From the NCBI GenBank assembly GCA_934435195.1, contig CAKSAJ010000008.1, positions 18,382-82,381 on the forward strand: a DNA stretch of 64,000 nt, read 5' to 3'. Positions 47,501 to 57,589 of the stretch are shown here, in pieces. Each line of letters begins with the position of its first letter. Position 1 is the stretch's first letter. The position numbers and the translations under genes were made by a program. Under the pieces are notes generated by a model. That model was not told the origin of the DNA. It did not search any database and was given only the letters and a program-made list of their open reading frames with translations. Source of the stretch: an uncultured Schaedlerella sp. Its GTDB lineage: Bacteria > Bacillota > Clostridia > Lachnospirales > Lachnospiraceae.

Positions 47501-48233
47501 GCAGCTGCTGGCCGTGTCGTTTGCAATCGCGGCACTTTGCACGAATACCGCATTTGCTGCAGAACAGACAGAAAATAATACAACAAAAGAAGTGACAAAA
47601 GAAGAGTTGGTTGTGAATTCAACAAACCAGAATTCCAAAGGAGAACAGACGCTTCCAACCAAAGAACAGCTTGCAGAGGTCAAGGAAGAAAAGACCGGCA
47701 GTATCGCCATCCAATTGACAGATGGAAAAGCGGGAAGCAATAAGAATGGAATCCGGTTCTCCTGTGTAAAAGTGGCAGATGTTATAGCAGGAGAGTATGT
47801 GCTGGATACAAGATATCAGCAGTCTGGGGTAGATTTAAACGGTGTGGACAGTGCCGCAGCTTTGAAAACAGTAGCGGAGAAGTTAAGCGGATACCGGACC
47901 GGAGAAGAGAAAACAGCTACAACAGACCAGAATGGAGCAGTCAGCTTTTCCAATCTGGAAGTAGGAGTGTATTTGATCCAAGGGGAAGACAATCCAACCT
48001 TTGATGTAATCGAACCGGCTCTGATTGCCATTCCAACATGGAGTGATGAGGAAAAAGAAATGCTCTATGAGGTAACTATGGAACCGAAGCATACGCCACG
48101 ACCGGATCAACCGAACCATACAGCTCCACAGACCGGATTACAGGACAGAACCTTGTATTATCTTGCAGGAGCAGGGGGATGTATCGCAGTTGCGGGAGTT
48201 CTCCTGTTGATTGGGCGAAAGAGGAAACGATGA
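47481..48233 (+). CDS. Small surface protein with C-terminal sorting signal (APQTG) and TM/positive tail; minor pilin candidate
   Basis: Start at the ATG after SD ggacaggagg. Signal peptide MKMRRFKQLLAVSFAIAALCTNTAFA. C-terminus TAPQTGLQDRTLYYLAGAGGCIAVAGVLLLIGRKRKR. Confidence 0.55.
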   Translation: MKMRRFKQLLAVSFAIAALCTNTAFAAEQTENNTTKEVTKEELVVNSTNQNSKGEQTLPTKEQLAEVKEEKTGSIAIQLTDGKAGSNKNGIRFSCVKVADVIAGEYVLDTRYQQSGVDLNGVDSAAALKTVAEKLSGYRTGEEKTATTDQNGAVSFSNLEVGVYLIQGEDNPTFDVIEPALIAIPTWSDEEKEMLYEVTMEPKHTPRPDQPNHTAPQTGLQDRTLYYLAGAGGCIAVAGVLLLIGRKRKR

Positions 48234-48912
48234 AATGGCAGGGACAATCAGAAAGATAGTCGCGTGTGGAATGCTTATAATGGGCATTGTTTTGACAGGA
48301 TTGGCATACCGGGAACATCAGCCCTTTGCCGAGGCGAGAGCAAAGCAGGAGGCACTTGTACAAATGGCAGTAGCAGAACTGGAGAAGGGTTCCGAGGATC
48401 CGATGGATAGACAAATTGATTTTGAATCACTACAAAGGTTAAATCCGGACATCATCGGATGGATCTATGCTCCGCAGATTGAGGTAGACCAACCAATCCT
48501 GAAAGGAAGCAGTGATACCGAATATCTTAACCGGGATTTTGAAGGAAACTACAGTCCACTGGGTTCCATCTTCACCTGGGCACATGCGGAGGAACGATTA
48601 TCAGATGCACATCTTTGTCTGTTCGGACATAACATGATGTCCGGTCAGATGTTTGGAAGGCTGGATGCGTTTGCAGAAGAGTCCTTCCGAAAGGAAAACA
48701 GTAAGTTATATTTGTACACTCCGGAACGGGTAAAGGAGCTGGAAGTGGAGTCGGTGTATACGTGTCAAAATCAAGATGCGATATTTCAGGATGATTGGAA
48801 AACAGAATCCGAACAGCAGATGGTGACACTTGCTACATGCACCGGATATAGCAGCACTACAGATCGCTTGGTTGTGAACTGCAAGGTGACAAAAGAAAAA
48901 CTGGTGCTGTAG
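48211..48912 (+). CDS. Sortase family protein (class B-like)
   Basis: DIIGWIYAPQIEVDQPILKG, LFGHNMMSGQMFGRL, and catalytic MVTLATCTGYSS. Confidence 0.65.
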   Translation: MGERGNDEMAGTIRKIVACGMLIMGIVLTGLAYREHQPFAEARAKQEALVQMAVAELEKGSEDPMDRQIDFESLQRLNPDIIGWIYAPQIEVDQPILKGSSDTEYLNRDFEGNYSPLGSIFTWAHAEERLSDAHLCLFGHNMMSGQMFGRLDAFAEESFRKENSKLYLYTPERVKELEVESVYTCQNQDAIFQDDWKTESEQQMVTLATCTGYSSTTDRLVVNCKVTKEKLVL

Positions 48913-48927
48913 GGAAAGGAACACACG

Positions 48928-49341
48928 GTGAAAAAATATGTGATAAGTATGGGATTGATTATGCTCTGTGTCGGGTGCGGCATTGGAGCATATTTCTTTT
49001 TCCAAAAGGGAAATGAAAAATTTATGGAAGAGAAACGACAAATCCAAACGGAACAACAGACCGTTGTGAAGCAAGAGGAGAGATCGGAGCCGATTTCAGA
49101 AGAAAAGACAGAAACAAACGAAGAAATCGGATTTTCTCAGATAGAGACAACAAATGAACCCCAAAATAGTTCGGGAACAGAGATTGAACAGCCACAGCCG
49201 GTTACTGCAGCTGGAAATGTAGCAGGAATGAAGGTTCCAAAGACCGGAGATGTCGGAATATTAATGGCATATTCACTGCTGGCGGGATTGTCCCTTGCGG
49301 TGATGGGAGCGGTTCTGATCTGGAACGGACAAAAGAGTTAA
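48928..49341 (+). CDS. Small cell-wall-anchored protein (VPKTG sorting signal)
   Basis: Signal/TM N-terminus. C-terminal KVPKTGDVGILMAYSLLAGLSLAVMGAVLIWNGQKS. Confidence 0.5.
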   Translation: MKKYVISMGLIMLCVGCGIGAYFFFQKGNEKFMEEKRQIQTEQQTVVKQEERSEPISEEKTETNEEIGFSQIETTNEPQNSSGTEIEQPQPVTAAGNVAGMKVPKTGDVGILMAYSLLAGLSLAVMGAVLIWNGQKS

Positions 49342-49357
49342 AAAGGAGAAGAGAACA

Positions 49358-50581
49358 GTGATGAATGTAACAGAGAAGAGTTCGTTTCTGGAAAACATGA
49401 ACAAGATGTATGAAGACCGGGAAGCGATATTCGAAAAGAGAGAACAGGAATACCAGAAACAAAAGAAGACATTGTCTGTGATGTTAGGACAGATCCAGCA
49501 GGAAAAGGATCGGTTGCTTCAACAGGCGAAAGAACAGGAATCTTTGCAAAAAGAGCTTAACGAAAAACAGGAGATGTTGCAAGGATGGTATGACGAGGAA
49601 GTACAGACCCGGAAAACACTGGAAGCAAACAAAAAGGAATATGAGGAAGAAAAGGAACACTTTCTGGTGCAGTCCCGGATGGAACTGGAACTTGCGAAAA
49701 ATGAAAAAATCAAGGCTCAACAGGTAAAGGAAGCGTTTGAACATCAGTTGTCCGTGGTGGAGCTGTTATTGAATCAACAGGGTGAGGACGGAACAAAGGT
49801 AATCGAATTTTTCCATTCGTTTATGGAGGGGCAATCAACGAAAGAAACCGATGAAATGGGTTCAGAGAACGAACGATTAAAATCCGAAAACCTACAGCTA
49901 CAGGAACAGAATGCGGGCTTGGCAAAACAGCTGGAACATCTGCAGGAAGAAAAAGAAATGCTGGAAGAGGAAAATGAAGAGCTGGCAGATACGACCGCAC
50001 ATTTCGAACAGGAACGAAAGAAACTGTTGGGATTGATCGCGAAATTGCAAAGATCTGGACAAAAAAAGGAAGTTCAGGCAACAAAGGAACCAAGCAAAGA
50101 GGTACCGGGAGAAACAATCAATTCTGTGGATTGGGAAGAGCCAGTTTGGGAGTCGGTAGAGGTGGAAAGAGAAGATCAAGATAACATGGCAGAAGAGATG
50201 GCAGCACAGATGAAAGAACAAGAAGTTGTTTATGAGGAATTGACAGCCACCGTTTTGCAGAGTTACCTACAGAAAAATGAAAGACGGTGCGAACAGATGG
50301 AAATTCGGCATTCCGAAGACTGTGAACAGCTGCATTTTACAATGAATGGATTGAATTATGCATTTCTGTTTTCTTCTCCGGCAGCATTTGAAGTATCGGC
50401 TCCTCGAAAAAACGGAAGGGTACTGCAGAAAGTACTTGCCAAAATGAATGAAAAGTATCCGGATGTAAAATTCCAATATGAGGATGGAAGTGTTTATGCG
50501 ACCGGGTACTTTATGAACACCATCCGACCGGAACGTTTGATGGAGCGAGTGCATGTCATAAGCGATTGTTTTAAACAGTAG
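49358..50581 (+). CDS. Coiled-coil protein, function unknown
   Basis: 407 aa, extremely E/K/Q-rich heptad-like sequence. No catalytic motifs. Confidence 0.45.
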   Translation: MMNVTEKSSFLENMNKMYEDREAIFEKREQEYQKQKKTLSVMLGQIQQEKDRLLQQAKEQESLQKELNEKQEMLQGWYDEEVQTRKTLEANKKEYEEEKEHFLVQSRMELELAKNEKIKAQQVKEAFEHQLSVVELLLNQQGEDGTKVIEFFHSFMEGQSTKETDEMGSENERLKSENLQLQEQNAGLAKQLEHLQEEKEMLEEENEELADTTAHFEQERKKLLGLIAKLQRSGQKKEVQATKEPSKEVPGETINSVDWEEPVWESVEVEREDQDNMAEEMAAQMKEQEVVYEELTATVLQSYLQKNERRCEQMEIRHSEDCEQLHFTMNGLNYAFLFSSPAAFEVSAPRKNGRVLQKVLAKMNEKYPDVKFQYEDGSVYATGYFMNTIRPERLMERVHVISDCFKQ

Positions 50582-50599
50582 CGGATAGGAGAAAAAGGA

Positions 50600-51040
50600 A
50601 TGTCAGCAACACAATATATATGGATGGGAATTTTACTAAGCGGATTATCTGGTATCTGTTTGGTTGGATTGGTAGTGGGAATCGGGATGCTGTATGCGCG
50701 CAAACCTGCTTACAGGAAGAGGAGAAGAAAGATTTGTATCTCAGCAGAATTTTACTATGAATTCAAAGAGAATTATCAGAGAACAGAAAATATCAGGGAA
50801 ACGCTGGATATCATGCGGGAGCTGTATCCGAAAAGGATGTATGCAAAACGAATCGAGGCTGCAATTGATTATCTGGAACGCAGTCATTACCGAGATTATG
50901 AAACGGCATTATATCGCTATTTACTGGATGACAGGCAAGTGGCATCGTTCATTTTGTCAGAGGTTTTATTGGAAGATGTTTTAAAAAGACGAAGACTTCC
51001 GGACAAGGAAGCAGAAAGGAATACCTATGAGAAAAACTGA
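50600..51040 (+). CDS. Hypothetical membrane protein
   Basis: N-terminal TM helix IWMGILLSGLSGICLVGLVVGIGMLY followed by a basic patch. Confidence 0.4.
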   Translation: MSATQYIWMGILLSGLSGICLVGLVVGIGMLYARKPAYRKRRRKICISAEFYYEFKENYQRTENIRETLDIMRELYPKRMYAKRIEAAIDYLERSHYRDYETALYRYLLDDRQVASFILSEVLLEDVLKRRRLPDKEAERNTYEKN

Positions 51041-51227
51041 TTGGAAAGCAAAAGTAATCATTATGGTCGCATTTATCATCGGGATTGCTGCCGGAATTAC
51101 AGCAGGAGTCCTCACACCGGAACTGTATGCGCAGTATCGGGGACTGATTGTGTTTGGAACCATTGCATTGGTTTCTATGATTATTGTAGTGGCTTGTGTA
51201 AAGATTTTTCATATCGGGAGGGATTAA
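51027..51227 (+). CDS. Small membrane protein (two TM helices)
   Basis: 66 aa, overlaps the upstream gene by 14 bp. Confidence 0.35.
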   Translation: MRKTDWKAKVIIMVAFIIGIAAGITAGVLTPELYAQYRGLIVFGTIALVSMIIVVACVKIFHIGRD

Positions 51228-51231
51228 AGAA

Positions 51232-51591
51232 ATGAAGAGTATGAAATTGAAGTTGAAACGTAAAAGTTTAGATAGAAAACAGTTGGCAGGGATGTTTGTT
51301 TTTGCCTGTTTTTTGTCGGTCATGAGCGTGCTGCAGTGCGGGGTTCCTGCCTTTGCAGCAGGAGAGGATATCGTGAACAGTGCGTTCGATGTCATTTATA
51401 ACCTAATCGCAGCGGTGGTGTCATCCATCGGAACCATCCTACTGTTATGGGGCGTGTTTGAGTGGGCGCAGTCTTTGAACGTGCAGGATGGTGGTGCACA
51501 GTCGATGGCATTTAAAAGGATTGCTGCCGGACTGATCGCAACCATTGGACCGCAGCTGATTCCACTGATTACATCACAGATTGGGGCATAG
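51232..51591 (+). CDS. VirB2/TrbC-like T4SS pilin candidate
   Basis: Long basic signal peptide ending AFAAGE, then two hydrophobic helices (VIYNLIAAVVSSIGTILLLWGVFEWA; IAAGLIATIGPQLIPLITSQIG) — the VirB2 topology. Confidence 0.4.
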   Translation: MKSMKLKLKRKSLDRKQLAGMFVFACFLSVMSVLQCGVPAFAAGEDIVNSAFDVIYNLIAAVVSSIGTILLLWGVFEWAQSLNVQDGGAQSMAFKRIAAGLIATIGPQLIPLITSQIGA

Positions 51592-52438
51592 AAAGGAGTG
51601 GGATATGCCGAGTTGGTTAAGTACCTTTATTAGTGACTGGTTATCGGTCAGCCCCTTTTTCGCAATCTCGGATGCGATCTGGAATGCACTTATGACCGCA
51701 TGTACCGGGTTAATGACAACAACGCCTCAGTGGTTTTCCACGGAGGCGTGGCAGTATGTCCGCTTCGAACTGTATCCATGGGCATTGTCCATTGGAATCG
51801 CCAGTCTGAACTTGTTTTTCATTATGGGATTTTTCAAAGCGGCATCGAACCTGAAAGAAAATATCACGTTGGAGCTGCTGATTGAATCGCTGTTTAAACT
51901 GGTGGTACTCAACGTATTGTTAGTAAATGGATTGACCATCATTACGACACTATTTAACATGTCATCGGCTCTAGCGGGAAATGTGATGATGATGGAAACA
52001 CCTGCATTTTTCACCGGAGATGTGGATGCAGGATCCCGGTTATTTTTCTTTCTGTTTGGACTGCTGTATTTTATTGTGGCACTGGTCTGTGGATTTCTGA
52101 TTTTGATTACACTTTACGGACGTTATATCAAGCTGTATGTGCTGATTGTGTTTTATCCTATTGCAATGCCGACCTTGATTGGTGGAAGAGGGGTGGAGCA
52201 TACCGCATATGCATGGGGGAAGAGTTTTTTGTCCAATGTGTTTGAAATCGTAACCATTGCGTTGGTGATGGGGATTGCAGGAAGGATTGTATCCGGAATC
52301 ACACCATTTACGGACAATGCGTTTGCAGAAGTGTTTGACGGATTTGCCCAGGCTCTCAATTCCACGATCTATATGATATTGATGGCGGTATCCGTGAAAG
52401 GGGCGGCAGCATTTATGAATAAAACATTCAATCTATAA
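51581..52438 (+). CDS. VirB6/TrbL-like polytopic T4SS membrane protein
   Basis: 285 aa with 5-6 TM helices, directly upstream of VirB3/VirB4-like genes. Confidence 0.5.
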   Translation: MGHRKEWDMPSWLSTFISDWLSVSPFFAISDAIWNALMTACTGLMTTTPQWFSTEAWQYVRFELYPWALSIGIASLNLFFIMGFFKAASNLKENITLELLIESLFKLVVLNVLLVNGLTIITTLFNMSSALAGNVMMMETPAFFTGDVDAGSRLFFFLFGLLYFIVALVCGFLILITLYGRYIKLYVLIVFYPIAMPTLIGGRGVEHTAYAWGKSFLSNVFEIVTIALVMGIAGRIVSGITPFTDNAFAEVFDGFAQALNSTIYMILMAVSVKGAAAFMNKTFNL

Positions 52439-52453
52439 GGAGAAGGTAAGACG

Positions 52454-52822
52454 ATGAAGATTGATTTAAACAAGGATTTTGAAACTCAGTTCAAATCGGA
52501 GTCTTGGAAAGGCTTTAGTAGCGGTGAGGTGGTCTGCGGAGGAATTGCCCTGGGACTGGCTGCAATTGTGGTGCTCTCTATCTGGCATGTGACCGGGCTT
52601 CCAATCAATGTATGCGTGTACTTTGGCATTCCAATCATGATTCCGGTGGTGGTACTGGGGCTTTTGAAATATCAAGGACATACCATGTTGGATACGGCAA
52701 AAGAGCTGTTGTATTTTATGAAAACAAGGGAGTTGGGAACGGAAATGGAAGAGCTGGATAAAACACATCGAAGAATCTTTTCGATGCAGCATCCGGTAGG
52801 AAAGAAGAAAGGAGTATCGTAA
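52454..52822 (+). CDS. VirB3/PrgI-like small T4SS membrane protein
   Basis: 122 aa with two TM helices. Its stop overlaps the VirB4 start (ATGA overlap). Confidence 0.4.
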   Translation: MKIDLNKDFETQFKSESWKGFSSGEVVCGGIALGLAAIVVLSIWHVTGLPINVCVYFGIPIMIPVVVLGLLKYQGHTMLDTAKELLYFMKTRELGTEMEELDKTHRRIFSMQHPVGKKKGVS

Positions 52823-55497
52823 TGGCAGTATTTAACGGAAACCGTGCGTTTTCTTCCAAAAAGCAGAAGTCACTTCCCATAGCAAAGATACCAAAAAATG
52901 TAAAACAGGCATTTCAGGTTGAAAAAGCATATGAGAATGGGATTTTTCAGATTGAACCAAAAGAGAAAATGGCGGTGTATGATCGATGTTATCTATTTGA
53001 GGATATCAATTACATCAATAAGAATACCGGAGAGCAGAAAGCATTTCTGATGGAACTGATGATGTGGCTCAATTCCATGGAGGTGGAATTTAAGATTTCT
53101 CTTGCAAATGAATATCAGAGCACGGAAGAATTTCTGCAGTCGATCCGAAGCGAACAGAATGTGGACACCTACCCAGACATTGCAAAAGGAATCCGGCAGT
53201 GGCAGGATGAACGATTGGATGAAACCAATCCATCGGTTACGACGCTGCGTTATCTGGTGATTACCGCCAGAGCAGACAATGAACGGAATGCAAGGGTCTA
53301 TCTCAATGCGATGGAAGCGACAATTACCGAAGCATTTGAAGGCTGGGGAAGCCGCATTGAGCGATTGAGTGCAAAAGAACGGTTGTGTTCCCTGCAGACA
53401 CTAACTATGCCGGGAAGAGCCGACGAGCAGGAGTATATCAATTTCCCGGAGGAACACAAATCTAACAGAAGAGACTGGAAGAATGATATTCTGCCAAGAA
53501 GTGTCAAACAGTATAAGAACTTTCTGATTATGGGGGATACCTATGCAACGGTACTATTTGGCGGCAGATATCGGAAGACCATCAATTCAGATTCCTTTAT
53601 TCGTTCCCTTACCAATGTGTCCTATCCGTCCATAATCACTATGGATTTTGCTCCGGTAGAGACAGAGATTGTCAATGATAAGTTGACCGCAGTACAGATG
53701 AATAATGAGCGGGCAATCACAGAAGAAATTGATCAGAAACGAAAGGCGGGGATTCCGGCAACTTCTCCATCCTATCCGAGAGAAAAGAAAAAACAGGAGA
53801 TCGAGAACTATATCGATCAGCTGGATGAGAATGATGAAAAGGGATTTTTTCTAAATTTGTTGGTGGTTGTAACTGCAAAGGAGGAAGATACCCTTGCCAA
53901 GCGGATGCATGAGATGCAGGCAATTGGAAAGAAAGAGGGGGTCATCTTAGAAACCTGTGATTTTACCCAGTTGAAAGCATGGAATACCGCACTTCCGATG
54001 GGAGGAAGACAGGTGGATTATATGCGGTTTTTCCTAACCTCTTCTTTGGTAGTTTTTCAGCCCTACTATGCACAGGATATCATTGAGCCGGGCGGACAGA
54101 TGATGGGACTGAACCGGACAACCAAGCATTTCATTATCGGAAACCGAAAAATGCTGCCAAACCCACATGGGATTATTGTCGGGTTCTCCGGTTCCGGAAA
54201 ATCCATGCTCATTAAGCTGACAGAATTGTCGCAAACGCTATTGTCAACAAACGATGACATTATGATTATCGATCCACAAAATGAGTTCTTGGAAATCTGT
54301 AGCATTTATGGTGGCAGCTATTTTGATCTGACTCCGAAGAGTGGGATCTATCTGAATGGATTTGAGGTATCGCAGGAAGTGTTTGACGCGGACATCGCGG
54401 TTCAGAAGAAGTTCATTGCTACTCAGACGGAATATGCAAAGACGTTGTGTGCAGCCACCATGAAGAATATCAACGTTACCCAAGAACACGATTCCATCAT
54501 CAGTCGGTGTACGGAGCGGATGTTTGCGCAGGTATTTGCACAAAAGAGATTGAAGAAACAGCCAACGCTTCTGTGGTTACGGGAGGAGATCCAGCAGGAA
54601 CTGCAGCATGTGAACAATCTGCATGATGAAGAGTTGATTCGGATTATCTATAACAGTTTGGAAGAGTACACAACCGGAAGCTGCGATATGCTGGCGCATC
54701 CATCCAATGTAAAGATTGATAACCGTCTGATCGGCTTCGGGATGTCCAATGTCCCGGAGAATAACTGGGAGGCGGTGATGGTGACCATTCTTCATTATCT
54801 GTCGGTTCGGATGGATTATAATAAGCGGTTCCAGAGAGCCACCCACTTGGTGATCGATGAGACACAGGTGGTGTCCAAAAAGCCGGGGAGCGCAAGACAG
54901 TTGAACAATGCGGTCATTACCTTTCGAAAGTTTGGCGGCATCGTAACCATGGCAATGCAAAACGTAACAGCAGCATTATCCAATCAGGTACTTACGGAAT
55001 TATACTCCAACTGTTCCTACAAGTGTTTTTTGGATCAGGGCGGAGTGGATGCGCAAAGCCTTGGTGCAATCCAGGAATTCAGTGCAAAGGAATTTCAGGC
55101 ATTAAGCTCCGGAAAACGTGGACAGGGAGTCATGGTCTGGAACAAAAAGGTGGTGCTGTTTGATTCATTAATTGAGAAGGATAATGTGTTGTACCAGATG
55201 TACAATACGGATTTCCATGAAAAGGCGAAAGAAGAGCGCGAGGAAACAAATCCGAACATGGAGGATGAAAAGCAACAAAATGAAGCGAAAAATCAAAGAG
55301 AGCAGAAAAATTTATTATCCGATGCGGACAAGAACTTAATTCTGCAGATAGCAGAACTAACAGATGTTACCGCGGCAGATGTGATGCAGATAACCGGAAA
55401 AGATAAGGAAACCTGTGAATGGTATCTGCAGACCATGAAAGAAGAGCAGTTGTTGGAAGAACTGGATGGAGACGAGAAATACAGAAAGGCAGTCTGA
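52822..55497 (+). CDS. VirB4/TraE-family conjugative transfer ATPase
   Basis: 891 aa. Walker A HGIIVGFSGSGKSM, Walker B-like HLVIDETQ. Size and position are typical of Gram-positive VirB4 (PrgJ/TcpF class). Confidence 0.85.
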   Translation: MAVFNGNRAFSSKKQKSLPIAKIPKNVKQAFQVEKAYENGIFQIEPKEKMAVYDRCYLFEDINYINKNTGEQKAFLMELMMWLNSMEVEFKISLANEYQSTEEFLQSIRSEQNVDTYPDIAKGIRQWQDERLDETNPSVTTLRYLVITARADNERNARVYLNAMEATITEAFEGWGSRIERLSAKERLCSLQTLTMPGRADEQEYINFPEEHKSNRRDWKNDILPRSVKQYKNFLIMGDTYATVLFGGRYRKTINSDSFIRSLTNVSYPSIITMDFAPVETEIVNDKLTAVQMNNERAITEEIDQKRKAGIPATSPSYPREKKKQEIENYIDQLDENDEKGFFLNLLVVVTAKEEDTLAKRMHEMQAIGKKEGVILETCDFTQLKAWNTALPMGGRQVDYMRFFLTSSLVVFQPYYAQDIIEPGGQMMGLNRTTKHFIIGNRKMLPNPHGIIVGFSGSGKSMLIKLTELSQTLLSTNDDIMIIDPQNEFLEICSIYGGSYFDLTPKSGIYLNGFEVSQEVFDADIAVQKKFIATQTEYAKTLCAATMKNINVTQEHDSIISRCTERMFAQVFAQKRLKKQPTLLWLREEIQQELQHVNNLHDEELIRIIYNSLEEYTTGSCDMLAHPSNVKIDNRLIGFGMSNVPENNWEAVMVTILHYLSVRMDYNKRFQRATHLVIDETQVVSKKPGSARQLNNAVITFRKFGGIVTMAMQNVTAALSNQVLTELYSNCSYKCFLDQGGVDAQSLGAIQEFSAKEFQALSSGKRGQGVMVWNKKVVLFDSLIEKDNVLYQMYNTDFHEKAKEEREETNPNMEDEKQQNEAKNQREQKNLLSDADKNLILQIAELTDVTAADVMQITGKDKETCEWYLQTMKEEQLLEELDGDEKYRKAV

Positions 55498-55499
55498 GT

Positions 55500-57575
55500 A
55501 TGCAGATAAAGGAAACAAGGGACAAGCAACTGAATCTTGCAAAAGCTACACTTCAATCCTCAAGGGAAGCTGTCCGGTTTTCCAAGGAACATCTAACTGC
55601 ACTGAATATGGGAAATGAACCGGAGGAACAGGAAGATATCGGGATGGACATAGATCCCACCAGATATCTGAACCGGAGAGAGACAATGCTTTGGAATCGT
55701 TTGTCGCAATCTCAACAGGAGCATTATGTAAAAGAGGGAATGACTGAAGCAGAGCATACCATGAAAAGCAGGAAAGGAATCTCAGCGGAAGCAGATGAAG
55801 TGGAGCTTGTTTCGGAAAGAACTGCTTATGCCTATCGGATGGAAAACCCAGTTTCAGAAGAGGTCGGAGATTTGCAGGGGGAGTTGCAATCGAATATACA
55901 GAATCATGGAATACAGGGGATCCATGAGTTTGAATCCTATGGACAGACATTGCCAGAGCAGGAGTTCAGTGGAATCCAGCGTATTTTATATGGAAAGCTC
56001 GCCGGAAATCGTTCGAGACAGTGGAAAGGTCGGTATCCGGTTACAAAGCATGAGCAGAAGCATATGGGTAATCCATGGAATTTCAATCAGATGATAAAGA
56101 ATCGGCAGGAAAAAGGGACACGGACAAGGAGTCGGTCTGGGATTAGCGATGGTCATACGACCATGCAAAATGTATCTGTTTCAGCAACAGAAAGTGTAGC
56201 AACTTCCACAACAGCTCCGGCAACCGGTGGTGCGAGCATAGCGTGGAATGCAGGGAAAAAAGCAGCAGACAAATTCAAAGCATATATGCAGGAAAAAGCA
56301 ATGGCAACGGAACAGGCAATGCAGGATGTAGAGAAGAGATTAAACAACAGTCGGGAAGTCAATCATGCTATGGATACCATGCCGGAAGCAGTTCGGTATA
56401 CGGCAGCAACGATAGGAGTTGTTGTGACCGTTGTATCTGCGGCAGTGGTACAGGCAGTATTTTCGTTCTTAACGGCCATCATTGCAGCGGTACTTGCAGT
56501 ATTCATTCCTCTGATCGCGGTCATTGCTTTGGTCGCGACTCTGATCGGTATCCTGGCATCGTTGTCTAGTGACACACAGGCGGGGCATGGATTACCGACA
56601 TTTGTAACAGAAGAGATGATGCAGGCTTTTTTCGAAACCCAGCAGGAGAGCGGGATTCCGGTATCATCCGGAATCGCACAGCTTATCGTAGAATCCGGAT
56701 TCGGTTCTTATGGACCGGGAGGGGAGGAAGGACAGGGTATGTCACAACTGGCATATGAATACAAGAACCTGTTTGGAATCAAATATTTTTCCGGCGATCA
56801 GTTTGCGTCCGGAGGCGTCAATATGTCAACCGGAGAAGAGACAAGTGCTGGAAATATTCCCATTGATGCGGATTTTGCAGTGTATCCGGACTATCAGTCT
56901 TGTATCAAGCAACGGGCATGGATGTTAAGGCGTTCTCCCTATGAACCACACCTTTCCCCCTATTTAAACAGAAATGATGGAAGTTATAGCAAAGAAGAAG
57001 CACAACATTTCGTGGAAGGGATACGTGCTGCAGGATGGGCTACGGCACAAGCTTATGTGGATCACTGTTTCAGTGTCATGGAACGATATAATTTGTATCA
57101 GTTCGATAATATGACATGGGAACAGTACCAGGAGAGTATGGCAGGTGGTGGATCCTATGATGGAACAGTCACTCCGCTGATGCAGACCATCGTAGACATT
57201 GCAAAAAATAATGGAAGTACCTATCCCTGTACACCAGATATGTGTGCAGCATGGGTGACTGGCGTTTATCAAGTTGCCGGTGTAAGTGCGATTCCATATG
57301 GCGATGCGATTGATATGTGGAACACATATCAGAATACCGGCTCTACTAGCATGGACAATATCCCTCCGGGGGCAATCGTGTGTGGCAGTGGCTCCGGATA
57401 CATGGGGTCATTATATGGTCATGTGGGGATTTATATTGGAGATGGAATGGTAGCAAACAATGTGGGGCGTTTTTCCATTGAATCATTATCAAACTGGATC
57501 TCATGGCAGACGGCAACCTGTCAGGGGCATACCGGATGGATTGGATGGATTTACCCAGGCGGTGTGCCGAAGTAG
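55500..57575 (+). CDS. Conjugation-associated peptidoglycan hydrolase: glucosaminidase/lysozyme-like domain + C-terminal CHAP domain (VirB1 analogue)
   Basis: TM segment AATIGVVVTVVSAAVVQAVFSFLTAIIAAVLAVFIPLIAVIALVATLIGIL. GFGSYGPGG...NLFGIKYF...YPDYQSCIKQRAWML (glucosaminidase-like). C-terminal CAAWVTGVYQVAG...GHVGIYIGDGMVANN (CHAP Cys/His). ATG at 55500 follows the VirB4 stop. Confidence 0.7.
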   Translation: MQIKETRDKQLNLAKATLQSSREAVRFSKEHLTALNMGNEPEEQEDIGMDIDPTRYLNRRETMLWNRLSQSQQEHYVKEGMTEAEHTMKSRKGISAEADEVELVSERTAYAYRMENPVSEEVGDLQGELQSNIQNHGIQGIHEFESYGQTLPEQEFSGIQRILYGKLAGNRSRQWKGRYPVTKHEQKHMGNPWNFNQMIKNRQEKGTRTRSRSGISDGHTTMQNVSVSATESVATSTTAPATGGASIAWNAGKKAADKFKAYMQEKAMATEQAMQDVEKRLNNSREVNHAMDTMPEAVRYTAATIGVVVTVVSAAVVQAVFSFLTAIIAAVLAVFIPLIAVIALVATLIGILASLSSDTQAGHGLPTFVTEEMMQAFFETQQESGIPVSSGIAQLIVESGFGSYGPGGEEGQGMSQLAYEYKNLFGIKYFSGDQFASGGVNMSTGEETSAGNIPIDADFAVYPDYQSCIKQRAWMLRRSPYEPHLSPYLNRNDGSYSKEEAQHFVEGIRAAGWATAQAYVDHCFSVMERYNLYQFDNMTWEQYQESMAGGGSYDGTVTPLMQTIVDIAKNNGSTYPCTPDMCAAWVTGVYQVAGVSAIPYGDAIDMWNTYQNTGSTSMDNIPPGAIVCGSGSGYMGSLYGHVGIYIGDGMVANNVGRFSIESLSNWISWQTATCQGHTGWIGWIYPGGVPK

Positions 57576-57589
57576 GAAAGGAGAAGTAA

